From Anaerolineae bacterium (GTDB taxonomy: Bacteria > Chloroflexota > Anaerolineae > Fen-1058), in assembly GCA_046328575.1 (NCBI GenBank), contig JAXLWI010000003.1, forward strand, positions 52 through 64,051: a DNA stretch of 64,000 nucleotides. Direction: 5' to 3'. Below the pieces are notes generated by a model. It saw only the letters and a program-made list of their open reading frames with translations, was not told the origin of the DNA and made no database searches. How positions within the stretch are numbered: position 1 is the first letter of the stretch; each line of letters begins with the position of its first letter. Made by a program: the position numbers and the translations under genes. Below are positions 25,683-33,927 of this stretch, piece by piece.

Positions 25683-27053
25683 TCATTCTTTCTGCAAACA
25701 AATAATTCGATAAGCGCCATTGGGTTCGAAGATAATATACTGTTGTTGCGGCGAATCAATCTTGCGCTTGATCTCCATCATATAGCTGTCGAGACGGTGA
25801 TCGGGCGGACCAGGGAAGCGCCGTTGCTTAACTTCACCTGCTAGCATTTCACCGATCAACTCTTGACGTGTGATAGATTGTCCGCAACGCTTGTATAAAT
25901 AGGCCAGAAGTCGATATTCGACAGCGTCTAGGCTCTTAACGGTCTGATCTGCCAATCGGACCCCTTGACGACTAGGAATCAATTCAATCGCCGGTTGGTT
26001 ATCCTGCGACCTATCCAGAATATATCTAGCAAAAACTGGCGAAAAGATCTCGTAGCCTTCCTTGGATCTGGGTCGTATTAGGCCCTTTCGCTCAAGCCTC
26101 CGCGTAGCCACACCTTGCAGCCGTCCTTGATCGGCTAAGATTTGTAGACAGGCTATTTCCTCCTCTTCTAAGCTCTTCCAAATCTCGTCACATTCTGACT
26201 GTATCCGAGGGTGTTCACGAAGTTTTTCAAGAATCTCGGAAGACAATAAGTCCGTGGTTTCTTTACGACCAGTGACTTGTAGAATTGCTTTTATTAAACC
26301 AGCATGGCGACCTGAAATCTTTAGAAGGCGCTGTCGTTCCACCTCACTAAGAGAAAAATTCCACCGGGCAACTAGCCGGTCTATCATGAAGTTTGCATCT
26401 ACTTCTCGATAGGGGCCAATTGCGATGGTCGTGGGAGTAACAATCTCGTAGAAATCCTTGCGTTCATCTTCATCACCCAAGAACGCCAATTCGTGACGGG
26501 TCACCGTCACGTACATCAGATGGAATTTGTGATTATCTCGCAAGACGCGTAGGCCATTCAAGACCTGAGCCGGCAAATTCTGAACAACATGGTCAAAATC
26601 GTCAAAGATCACAAAAATCTGAGACACGTCGGCTTTCAATATAGTCGTGATCACATCTTCCAAGGCTTGCCCCATCATTTCGGATGAGGTACTTTCAGCA
26701 GCTTGTCTCCACATTTCCTCTATCTTCGGTCGCAAGGCCATCGTTTTAGGGCCAGCCTGCTGAGTAGCCTGCGGTAAAGCCTGTAATATTAAACTATGCA
26801 TTGCCAGAGCTGAGTACTTAGATAGTTTTGTACAAGGCACTAGGATACTGAGGGTATCTTGTGCGCGATCGCCTAGATGATGCGCCCGTACGTCGTAGCG
26901 CTCCAAGTGGCGTGCTACATTTGACTTGCCCGAACTGCCAACGCCAACTAAGGAACATGATTCACCGCTCGTCAAGGCCGTCAATACTGGCTTAATGACT
27001 TCACTTCGAAATTCAACTGAAAGTGGAAGATCCAGCATGTTGCCCCCAATCAT
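25683..27053 (-). CDS. P-loop NTPase + C-terminal OmpR-type winged helix (paralog of 23328-24743)
   Basis: Walker A LVGVGSSGKSN, Walker B IFVIFDDFDH. C-terminal LDAVEYRLLAYLYKRCGQSITRQELIGEM... winged helix. Same architecture as the + strand paralog. Confidence 0.6.
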   Translation of the reverse strand: MIGGNMLDLPLSVEFRSEVIKPVLTALTSGESCSLVGVGSSGKSNVARHLERYDVRAHHLGDRAQDTLSILVPCTKLSKYSALAMHSLILQALPQATQQAGPKTMALRPKIEEMWRQAAESTSSEMMGQALEDVITTILKADVSQIFVIFDDFDHVVQNLPAQVLNGLRVLRDNHKFHLMYVTVTRHELAFLGDEDERKDFYEIVTPTTIAIGPYREVDANFMIDRLVARWNFSLSEVERQRLLKISGRHAGLIKAILQVTGRKETTDLLSSEILEKLREHPRIQSECDEIWKSLEEEEIACLQILADQGRLQGVATRRLERKGLIRPRSKEGYEIFSPVFARYILDRSQDNQPAIELIPSRQGVRLADQTVKSLDAVEYRLLAYLYKRCGQSITRQELIGEMLAGEVKQRRFPGPPDHRLDSYMMEIKRKIDSPQQQYIIFEPNGAYRIICLQKE

Positions 27054-27311
27054 CGGCTTTGAAGGGAGCAGTATCTAATTAAAGAGATACTACTCTTTCG
27101 CTCATCTCTTAGAAATCATACAACTAGGTCGGTGATTGTCAAGAACAGCCTTGCGAAAGCGCGCATTCTGTGGGTACTGTGCCATTGAGGTTGAGGATCA
27201 ATCTCACACCGATGAGGCGCTGTACGCTGTGATGAACCAGATGCCAGAGAAGTTCGATTGGCCTGAGCTACCGACGCTCATCAATGCGCAAGGTTGGCTA
27301 CCGTGCGCAGT

Positions 27312-28391
27312 CTAGGTAGCACCGCATTGTCGAATAAACTCTTCGAAAACCGTCGCGAAGACTCCATCAGGGCGTCCACGCACCAAGCCCTTATGTCGCA
27401 GCTGCAACAGATCCGCATAATTGACATCCTCGTGTCGATTGTAGACTAGTGCGACTAAAGTTGCCTGTTCACTGCTTTCTAGATCATTCCACATATCGTA
27501 ACAAAGATTGTGTAACGTCGGTTCATCGTGCAGGATGCACGAAACGCTAGACCACGGCAGGTCTCGCTGGTTGAGACATGCCAGTGCAGCAACCAAGAGC
27601 TTGGCATGCCCGCCTGTCACTCGATAGAGATCTGCCTGTTGATCGTCGTCGAGATGCACGCGCCCGTCGACCGTTCGACGCTCGACCAGCGCGCGCGCAT
27701 CACGCTCAGAGTACGGCGGCACCCAGAACTGAACGCGAAATATCTCTGTGAATTTTTCGCTCAACGGCTCAGACGCACCCTGCCGCGCGGCTAACGCCAC
27801 GAGAGAGCTACGCGTACCGGTAACATATGTGAGCGAGTGCTTGTGATTGTCGCGCAGCCGGCGTAACGCTCGCAACGTGGCGGTGGGGAGTGTCACGAGC
27901 AATTGATCGAAGTCGTCGAAGATCAACGCTATGCGTGATTGCCCCGCGTGCCCCACCCCCCCCAACATGTCGGAAAGCATCACCTCCGCTTCAATGTCGT
28001 TTTTGCAGGCCGCAAGCTGCGTTGCATAGTTTTGAGCCAGCCTGCGATCGGCGATTGACCATTGCAACGCCCGTAGCTGAAGATAAACGCTGTCGGCGAT
28101 AACACGGCATAAAACAAGCGTGGTGTCGAGCGTGTCGTACCGCGGATCAGCCCCGAGATAAACGGGCAAGAGGGTTGTAGTGGCCATCTCGCCAAGGTGG
28201 TAGGCAATGGCGCGGCGTTCACATATGAAACGCAATAGGTTTGAGAGGCCCACTCCGCGGATGCCGATGATTTGGTTTGCATCGTAGCCATGATACATCG
28301 AAGTGAAAAGAGGGGCAACGATCTCGCGCCGGAATGACAGCGCCAATTCGCGCGACAGAACAGACGACCGGGCTTGACTGTCGGTGTCCAT
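27312..28391 (-). CDS. NTPase-like paralog with a degenerate P-loop and no winged helix
   Basis: Collinear with the two NTPases above (IALIFDDFDQ Walker B retained), but Walker A reads IGIRGVGLSNLL (Lys lost). Confidence 0.5.
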   Translation of the reverse strand: MDTDSQARSSVLSRELALSFRREIVAPLFTSMYHGYDANQIIGIRGVGLSNLLRFICERRAIAYHLGEMATTTLLPVYLGADPRYDTLDTTLVLCRVIADSVYLQLRALQWSIADRRLAQNYATQLAACKNDIEAEVMLSDMLGGVGHAGQSRIALIFDDFDQLLVTLPTATLRALRRLRDNHKHSLTYVTGTRSSLVALAARQGASEPLSEKFTEIFRVQFWVPPYSERDARALVERRTVDGRVHLDDDQQADLYRVTGGHAKLLVAALACLNQRDLPWSSVSCILHDEPTLHNLCYDMWNDLESSEQATLVALVYNRHEDVNYADLLQLRHKGLVRGRPDGVFATVFEEFIRQCGAT

Positions 28392-28409
28392 GGTTTGTGG
28401 TCCACGTAA

Positions 28410-29504
28410 CTAGGCGATGTCGTCGGGCGGCGCCCTCAGAATCGCTTCAACTACGCCGAATACCCGCAGCGGATCATCGTCTAGTTCGCGCTCAGAACCG
28501 TCGTGGATATTCCATTCTCTGCCCAGGCCAATGATATGAACTCTCGTGTGAGGTGCGGTAGATTCGGCCGAGTCGATCCATGCTTCTTGCTTGATCGTAT
28601 CGACTATGACGAGATGTTGTCGATTCTGATCGGGCCGACTTTGTTGGCGAACGATGATATAACATTCATCATCCATGTCAGGCTGATCTGGATCAATCTG
28701 TAAAAACGCATACACCTGTCGCGACCACATGGGATACGTTTCGCCAGTCACTGCAGGATCGAGTGGCTGAATGTTGAAGCGCCGCCCACCAAGTGCTAGA
28801 TGGCTGATTTCTAGAAAATCGGGAGCCGTCCCCCCCGAGGGCGGTAGTAGCCCCAGACCGGTTCGCCGATTGTCCGGCCAAACAATTCGCGTCGGCACAT
28901 GGATGTTGAACGGCGGCAAATGCCGACGCGATTGCGAATACTGCCTGGCCCCGTATCGGTTTGTAGCTGGGGGCGTTCGCTTGCCATCGGGCGGCTCGAT
29001 CTGCACGTGGCGCAATTCTCGTATTACCGCACGTTGTAGTTCCCAATAGGCGCGTTCTTGCTTCGGTTGTTTGGCATACGCGCTGCGTTGTGCTAAACGA
29101 ACCAAGACCAGTGCCGCCTGTTGATAATATTCAAGCGCAGCCGTACTTCGCCCGTCGTTTAGCAGGAAGCGCGCTTGAATCAAAGTCGCGATTACCCATT
29201 GATGATCATTGCGCTTTAGCCAACCGATCGCAGTGCTGCCGTCGATCGGCGCCACATCTCGTTCGTCCTTGAGACCGGATGAATGACGAACAACCGCAAG
29301 GTACAAAAAGGCCACACCGATTGTCAACGGTTGCCGTGCAGCGACCGCTAAGCTGGCGGCTGCACGTGCGATGTGAATAGCAGGTTGAACTTCGCGTTGT
29401 CGACACAAGCGTTCGGCGTCAACGCAGCGCTGGTGAATATCGGCGTCTATCAGCGATAGGTCGAGCCGTCTAAGTAACTCATCAATCGAAAGGGGGTCTG
29501 TCAA
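28410..29504 (-). CDS. Hypothetical protein (helical N-terminal half; beta-rich C-terminal half of unknown fold)
   Basis: 364 aa, no recognisable motifs; ends 19 nt upstream of the next gene start (same operon). Confidence 0.4.
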   Translation of the reverse strand: MTDPLSIDELLRRLDLSLIDADIHQRCVDAERLCRQREVQPAIHIARAAASLAVAARQPLTIGVAFLYLAVVRHSSGLKDERDVAPIDGSTAIGWLKRNDHQWVIATLIQARFLLNDGRSTAALEYYQQAALVLVRLAQRSAYAKQPKQERAYWELQRAVIRELRHVQIEPPDGKRTPPATNRYGARQYSQSRRHLPPFNIHVPTRIVWPDNRRTGLGLLPPSGGTAPDFLEISHLALGGRRFNIQPLDPAVTGETYPMWSRQVYAFLQIDPDQPDMDDECYIIVRQQSRPDQNRQHLVIVDTIKQEAWIDSAESTAPHTRVHIIGLGREWNIHDGSERELDDDPLRVFGVVEAILRAPPDDIA

Positions 29505-29523
29505 TCTTTACTCCTTGTGATGA

Positions 29524-31374
29524 TCATCGCTGGCTAATCTGGTTGCCAGGTCCCATCATCTTTCGCAACTTCTCCAGCAACTTCTCCATCTCCGCGCGCG
29601 AGTTGTCACTGGGCGCTTCGCGGAGTTGTCGTTCGAGCATACGCGCCATCGTATCCATGAAGACGTATGCCAGCGGATGGACCACTTCGCCTGATTCGGC
29701 GGTCTGATTGACGGTGCGGACGGCTTGCGTCAACGCCTGCACCAGCTCGGCTTTGGCTTCGGCCTGCGCGAATTGGATTTGCTGAATCGCTTCTGCTTCG
29801 CCACGTGACTGCGTGATGGCCGATTCCTTTTCCCACACCACGCCCCAACTCTTCTGGCGTTGCTCGGTCACTTCCAATGGCACGGTAATGTTGCCAAAGC
29901 CGCTGTCGAGCAAGTCGATACCGCGTTTGGCTAAGGCCTGCTTGCCGTTGGTGTCGAGCAGTTGCGCGATCTCTTTGCGCGGATTTTGGGCTGAATCGTC
30001 GGGCGCAAACAGCTGATCGAGCAGGCGCTTGGACATGAAATCGCCCACTTCGCCGGCGGCAACTTTGAACGCTGCATCACTCCACTTAATCGGCGGGTTC
30101 GCTTTGGGACTATGGTGAACTTCATATACGGCGGCGCGCAGCGCCTCGGGTGAGGCCGGAAAACTGCCCACGGCTTTGGCCGGATTTGGACCGCGAAAAA
30201 AGGCGCGTAGCACGGTCGAGAAACCGGGTTTGGGCGGCGGTGGTGGTGTTTCACCCGGCATCTTCCGCGCGAATTTGAAGATCGCCCCGACACTGACTCG
30301 GATCGGCACACCATCTTTGGTCAAGACGGCAGTGTCTTCACTGTTGCTCTGAGCGCGCAAATCCAACACGGCCCGCGGATATTCAAACGCTTGGAGTTCA
30401 TATTCGCCAGGGCCGTACATACCCGCGTAGCTGCCACCATGTTCGGTGATCACTGCCGTGCCCGATCGCACATCGAGTATGCCCGGCCCGCCGATGCGCA
30501 TCGCCACTTCATTCTTAGGCGCCTCGACCGCTTTCTTAAGTGCCGCTAGGCCTTTCGAAGGAGGCGGTGGTTCTGCGCCTTCGATCGCGCCGCTCTTGGC
30601 GACGATGACGGTGCCGTTGCCGATGCCAAACGTGGTCGCGAGCACAAACTCGATCGCGTGGCTCAGCGATTGCAAGCTGTACATCTGCGCGACAAATCGC
30701 CCGGCGCGAAAGACAGCAAACGCCACGCCCAAGATCGCCGGCGCGACGAACCAAATATCGAACGGGAACGTCGTGGTTGTAGCCGTGGCCGGTGCCGGCC
30801 CAACGTAGGTCTGAATGCTGAAGTTAACCAACGGGCCAAAGGGCTGACCATTAGGCGCATGCAACCGCCAGGCATTCGTATACTGTCCCAGCCGATTGGG
30901 AGCCGACATGCCAATCGTGGGTCCAAATATGCCACCCGGTGGAATCTCTAGCGGGCCGAGATCCGTTCGGACAACATAGGTTGGCGCGGTCACTGTGGAA
31001 GTGACTTCGGCCAATGGCCCTTCCTCATGTCGGAACGTCACCGTTTCCGTCCACACACAGGTGCCGGCATTAACCATGTATATCCAGTCGGCATCAAAAG
31101 ACTGACCAGCTGGTTTGAGTCGAATCGCTTGTGCCTCGTCGGGATTGCCGACGATCTGCGCGGCGTACGTGCAGCCTATCTCTGGATCGCGCTGAGTGAT
31201 AGTCGGCGGGGGCATCCGCCGCATGAGCCACGAGCCCAGCACACCCATCAAGAGGACGGCGGCCGCGACGAAGACGCTCCGCCCGAGTGCGCGCAGCTGT
31301 TCGCTATGCAAGCGGCGGTTGAGCGAACGCCAGAAGGCTTGATTTAGTTCACTGAGACTGGGTCGATGATCCAC
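29524..31374 (-). CDS. Membrane protein with N-terminal TM, extracytoplasmic domain and SPFH/band-7 (flotillin/HflK-like) domain with C-terminal coiled coil
   Basis: TM (VFVAAAVLLMGVLGSWL). SPFH-like core (...LTKDGVPIRVSVGAIFKF...). C-terminal helical region (AEAIQQIQFAQAEAKAELVQAL). Confidence 0.55.
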   Translation of the reverse strand: MDHRPSLSELNQAFWRSLNRRLHSEQLRALGRSVFVAAAVLLMGVLGSWLMRRMPPPTITQRDPEIGCTYAAQIVGNPDEAQAIRLKPAGQSFDADWIYMVNAGTCVWTETVTFRHEEGPLAEVTSTVTAPTYVVRTDLGPLEIPPGGIFGPTIGMSAPNRLGQYTNAWRLHAPNGQPFGPLVNFSIQTYVGPAPATATTTTFPFDIWFVAPAILGVAFAVFRAGRFVAQMYSLQSLSHAIEFVLATTFGIGNGTVIVAKSGAIEGAEPPPPSKGLAALKKAVEAPKNEVAMRIGGPGILDVRSGTAVITEHGGSYAGMYGPGEYELQAFEYPRAVLDLRAQSNSEDTAVLTKDGVPIRVSVGAIFKFARKMPGETPPPPPKPGFSTVLRAFFRGPNPAKAVGSFPASPEALRAAVYEVHHSPKANPPIKWSDAAFKVAAGEVGDFMSKRLLDQLFAPDDSAQNPRKEIAQLLDTNGKQALAKRGIDLLDSGFGNITVPLEVTEQRQKSWGVVWEKESAITQSRGEAEAIQQIQFAQAEAKAELVQALTQAVRTVNQTAESGEVVHPLAYVFMDTMARMLERQLREAPSDNSRAEMEKLLEKLRKMMGPGNQISQR

Positions 31375-32653
31375 TGCTGTTTCCGGTATCTTTGGGCGCG
31401 ATCAGCCCCATGATCTGAACGTTCTCACCCAACATCAGGGGTGGTTGCTCGTCGGCGATCTTTTGCAGTGTTTCCAAAAAGCGCCGCGCCACTTGATCGG
31501 TGCTGTCGGCGATGGCGGGTGCGCCTTGTTCCAATGCCTGAGTCACGCGCATGATCAGATCCATGTACGCTTGCGTGCGAGCTAATGCCCGGCGGCGCTG
31601 CACCTCGGCCTCGGCCTCGGCGTTGACACGGATCATACGGCTTTCCCATTCGGCACGCCATGCTTTGACGCGCTGTTGGGTGATCTTGTCGAGCTCGGCC
31701 GTCTTCGGATTCTGATCGAACGCTTTAGCTTGATCAAAACCGGCCGGGAAGAAGATGCCCACACTCACGCTCAGCACGTTGATGCCGCTGGGGGCTAACG
31801 CCGCTTTTACCGCTTTATTCAGCCGTGCTTTGATGTCACTGCGCGGATCTTTGCGCGGCTCCAACGGCTCGGTCAATTGATCGAAGGTGTATTCGGCGAT
31901 GATGCCGCGTAACATTCCGGCGGCGATGCCCAACGGCACATCATCCCATTTGGTCTGACCATCTTTGCCGACGGTTTGCAGCCCCAGGGCGCGCTTGATA
32001 GTGCGCGGTGTCCAACTCAACGGGCGCGGCCAACGCAGCACGCTCCGATCGATCTCCTGCACCTTAACGAACTGCACCTGATCGATCTGGAAGCGGACGG
32101 CAACGTTGGTTTTGATCAGAATGCCATCGCGTGTGGTGTATTCGAATCTGTCGCTGCGCAGTTGGATGCGCAGATCGATAATCGGGCCGATCTTTTCTGT
32201 TTCCGAAGTGAATACGACGCCCTGGCCCTTAAGTCGACTCAGCCCGGTGTCTGTAGCGAGTCCAACGATACTAGTGCTGTCGACATCGATCACACCGGTG
32301 CCGCCGGTGCCGGCGCGCGGCTTGCCGTCCGGCCCGTCCAGCACTTTGCCTTCACGCACCACGGCCGTCAGCGTCGGCGTACCGAGGGCGAACTGGTTGA
32401 GAACGCGCCGGGCACTGCTGCGCTCGCGCCGATCGCGCGTATTGATTGGCAGAACGTGTGGGCCGATCAGCCACAACGCCAGTAAGAAGAAGATCGCGGC
32501 AATGGCGGCCATCACGATTAGGCCATAGATTGTGCCCGTTATCACATCGCCGTACCAACGGATGGGACCGACGGCGGCCGCCCAAGCGATCACGAAAATG
32601 ATCAGCAAGGGGAGGGCAACTCCGCGGGCGAGGATTTGGCGAATTTGGCGCAT
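31349..32653 (-). CDS. SPFH/band-7 domain membrane protein
   Basis: Two N-terminal TM helices then TTRDGILIKTNVAVRFQI... SPFH core and C-terminal coiled coil. Start placed at ATG 32653 (MRQIRQI); the ORF-track start 32800 would overlap the divergent methyltransferase gene. Confidence 0.5.
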   Translation of the reverse strand: MRQIRQILARGVALPLLIIFVIAWAAAVGPIRWYGDVITGTIYGLIVMAAIAAIFFLLALWLIGPHVLPINTRDRRERSSARRVLNQFALGTPTLTAVVREGKVLDGPDGKPRAGTGGTGVIDVDSTSIVGLATDTGLSRLKGQGVVFTSETEKIGPIIDLRIQLRSDRFEYTTRDGILIKTNVAVRFQIDQVQFVKVQEIDRSVLRWPRPLSWTPRTIKRALGLQTVGKDGQTKWDDVPLGIAAGMLRGIIAEYTFDQLTEPLEPRKDPRSDIKARLNKAVKAALAPSGINVLSVSVGIFFPAGFDQAKAFDQNPKTAELDKITQQRVKAWRAEWESRMIRVNAEAEAEVQRRRALARTQAYMDLIMRVTQALEQGAPAIADSTDQVARRFLETLQKIADEQPPLMLGENVQIMGLIAPKDTGNSSGSSTQSQ

Positions 32654-32753
32654 GTAAGGAAGCCTACCTAAGCATAAGGTAATATAGCATAAACTCTCGA
32701 CAAAGACCAACGCCCGATAGACGCTGAGCCTGACTTGGCAGTATAATGCAGCC

Positions 32754-33917
32754 ATGACCACGCGGTTGTCGCCATCTCGATTGACTGAAACATCCCCCAC
32801 GGTTACCGTTCAGTTGGAAACGATGATCTACGGCGGCGAAGCGTTGGGCCGCGTAGACGGTCAGGCTATCTTCGTGACGGGCGGCCTAGCCGATGAAACG
32901 GTGCGCGTGGTGATCACGGAGCGGCGCAAGAACTTTGCGCGAGGCATAGTCACGGAGGTGTTGGAGCCGTCGCCAGAGCGCGTAACACCGCGCTGCCGTC
33001 ACTTTGGCTTTGACGCCGAAGCTTGCGGCGGCTGTCACTGGCAGCACATCGACTATGCGGCACAGCTGCGCTTTAAGCGCGACATTGTGCGCGAACAACT
33101 GGCGCGGCTGGGCAAGATTGCGGATGCGCCCGTGCGCGACGTGATCGCCAGCCCGCAGCCGTGGGCGTATCGTAACCACGCCCAATTCGGTTTAACTCCC
33201 GATGGGCAGCCCGGTTTTCAAGCGGCACACAGTCATCGGGTGATCCCGATTGACGAGTGCCACATCGTGCGGCCTGAAATCCTCGATTGGCTGCTGACCC
33301 ATCAGCACATTGCTAAGCCAGACACAGCGCGGATCGATATTCGCTTCCCGCCAGCGGCCTTCCACGTGCGGGACGCAGTGTTTCAGGTTGCGCCTGAAGG
33401 TTTCTTTCAAGTGAATACGTCACTGCTGGACACACTGGTCGAACAGGTCTTGACGAAGTTGGACTTGCGCGGTGGCGAGGCGGTGATCGACGCGTATTGC
33501 GGCGTCGGGCTGTTTACGCGTTTCATCGCGCCACTTGCCGATCGGGTGGTGGGCATCGAGTCGAGCCGCAGCGCGATCGAGGCGGCGCGGCAAAACCTGA
33601 CTGAGTTCAAGCACGTACAGTTTGATGTAGGTCGTGTGGAAGAGATCTTGCCCAAGCTTGTTGGTCGCTTTGATGCAATTGTGGTCGATCCTCCGCGTGC
33701 GGGCTGCGGCCAGCTGGTGATCCAAACCGTGATCGATCGGAAGATCGATCGGGTGGTCTACGTGAGTTGCGATCCGGCGACGCTGGCGCGCGATGCCCGG
33801 CAGTTGATCGAAAGCGGCTATCGCTTGATCGAGGTGCAGCCGCTCGACATGTTTCCGCAAACGTTTCATATCGAGACCGTCACTTTGTTCCTAAAGTCAG
33901 ATCACGCTATACTGTAA
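32754..33917 (+). CDS. 23S rRNA (uracil-C5)-methyltransferase RlmD/RumA family with N-terminal TRAM domain and Fe-S cluster cysteines
   Basis: TRAM (GEALGRVDGQAIFVTGGLADETVRVVI). CRHFGFDAEACGGCHWQH 4-Cys cluster. SAM-binding VIDAYCGVGLFT. Catalytic DAIVVDPPRAGC. Confidence 0.8.
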   Translation: MTTRLSPSRLTETSPTVTVQLETMIYGGEALGRVDGQAIFVTGGLADETVRVVITERRKNFARGIVTEVLEPSPERVTPRCRHFGFDAEACGGCHWQHIDYAAQLRFKRDIVREQLARLGKIADAPVRDVIASPQPWAYRNHAQFGLTPDGQPGFQAAHSHRVIPIDECHIVRPEILDWLLTHQHIAKPDTARIDIRFPPAAFHVRDAVFQVAPEGFFQVNTSLLDTLVEQVLTKLDLRGGEAVIDAYCGVGLFTRFIAPLADRVVGIESSRSAIEAARQNLTEFKHVQFDVGRVEEILPKLVGRFDAIVVDPPRAGCGQLVIQTVIDRKIDRVVYVSCDPATLARDARQLIESGYRLIEVQPLDMFPQTFHIETVTLFLKSDHAIL

Positions 33918-33927
33918 CGCGGAGGCT

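Noticed and set aside
28410-29504. Possible LexA/S24-like beta-barrel in the C-terminal half of the 364-aa hypothetical protein
   Set aside because: Only a vague hydrophobic-strand pattern. No convincing Ser/Lys dyad could be aligned by eye, so no call is made.
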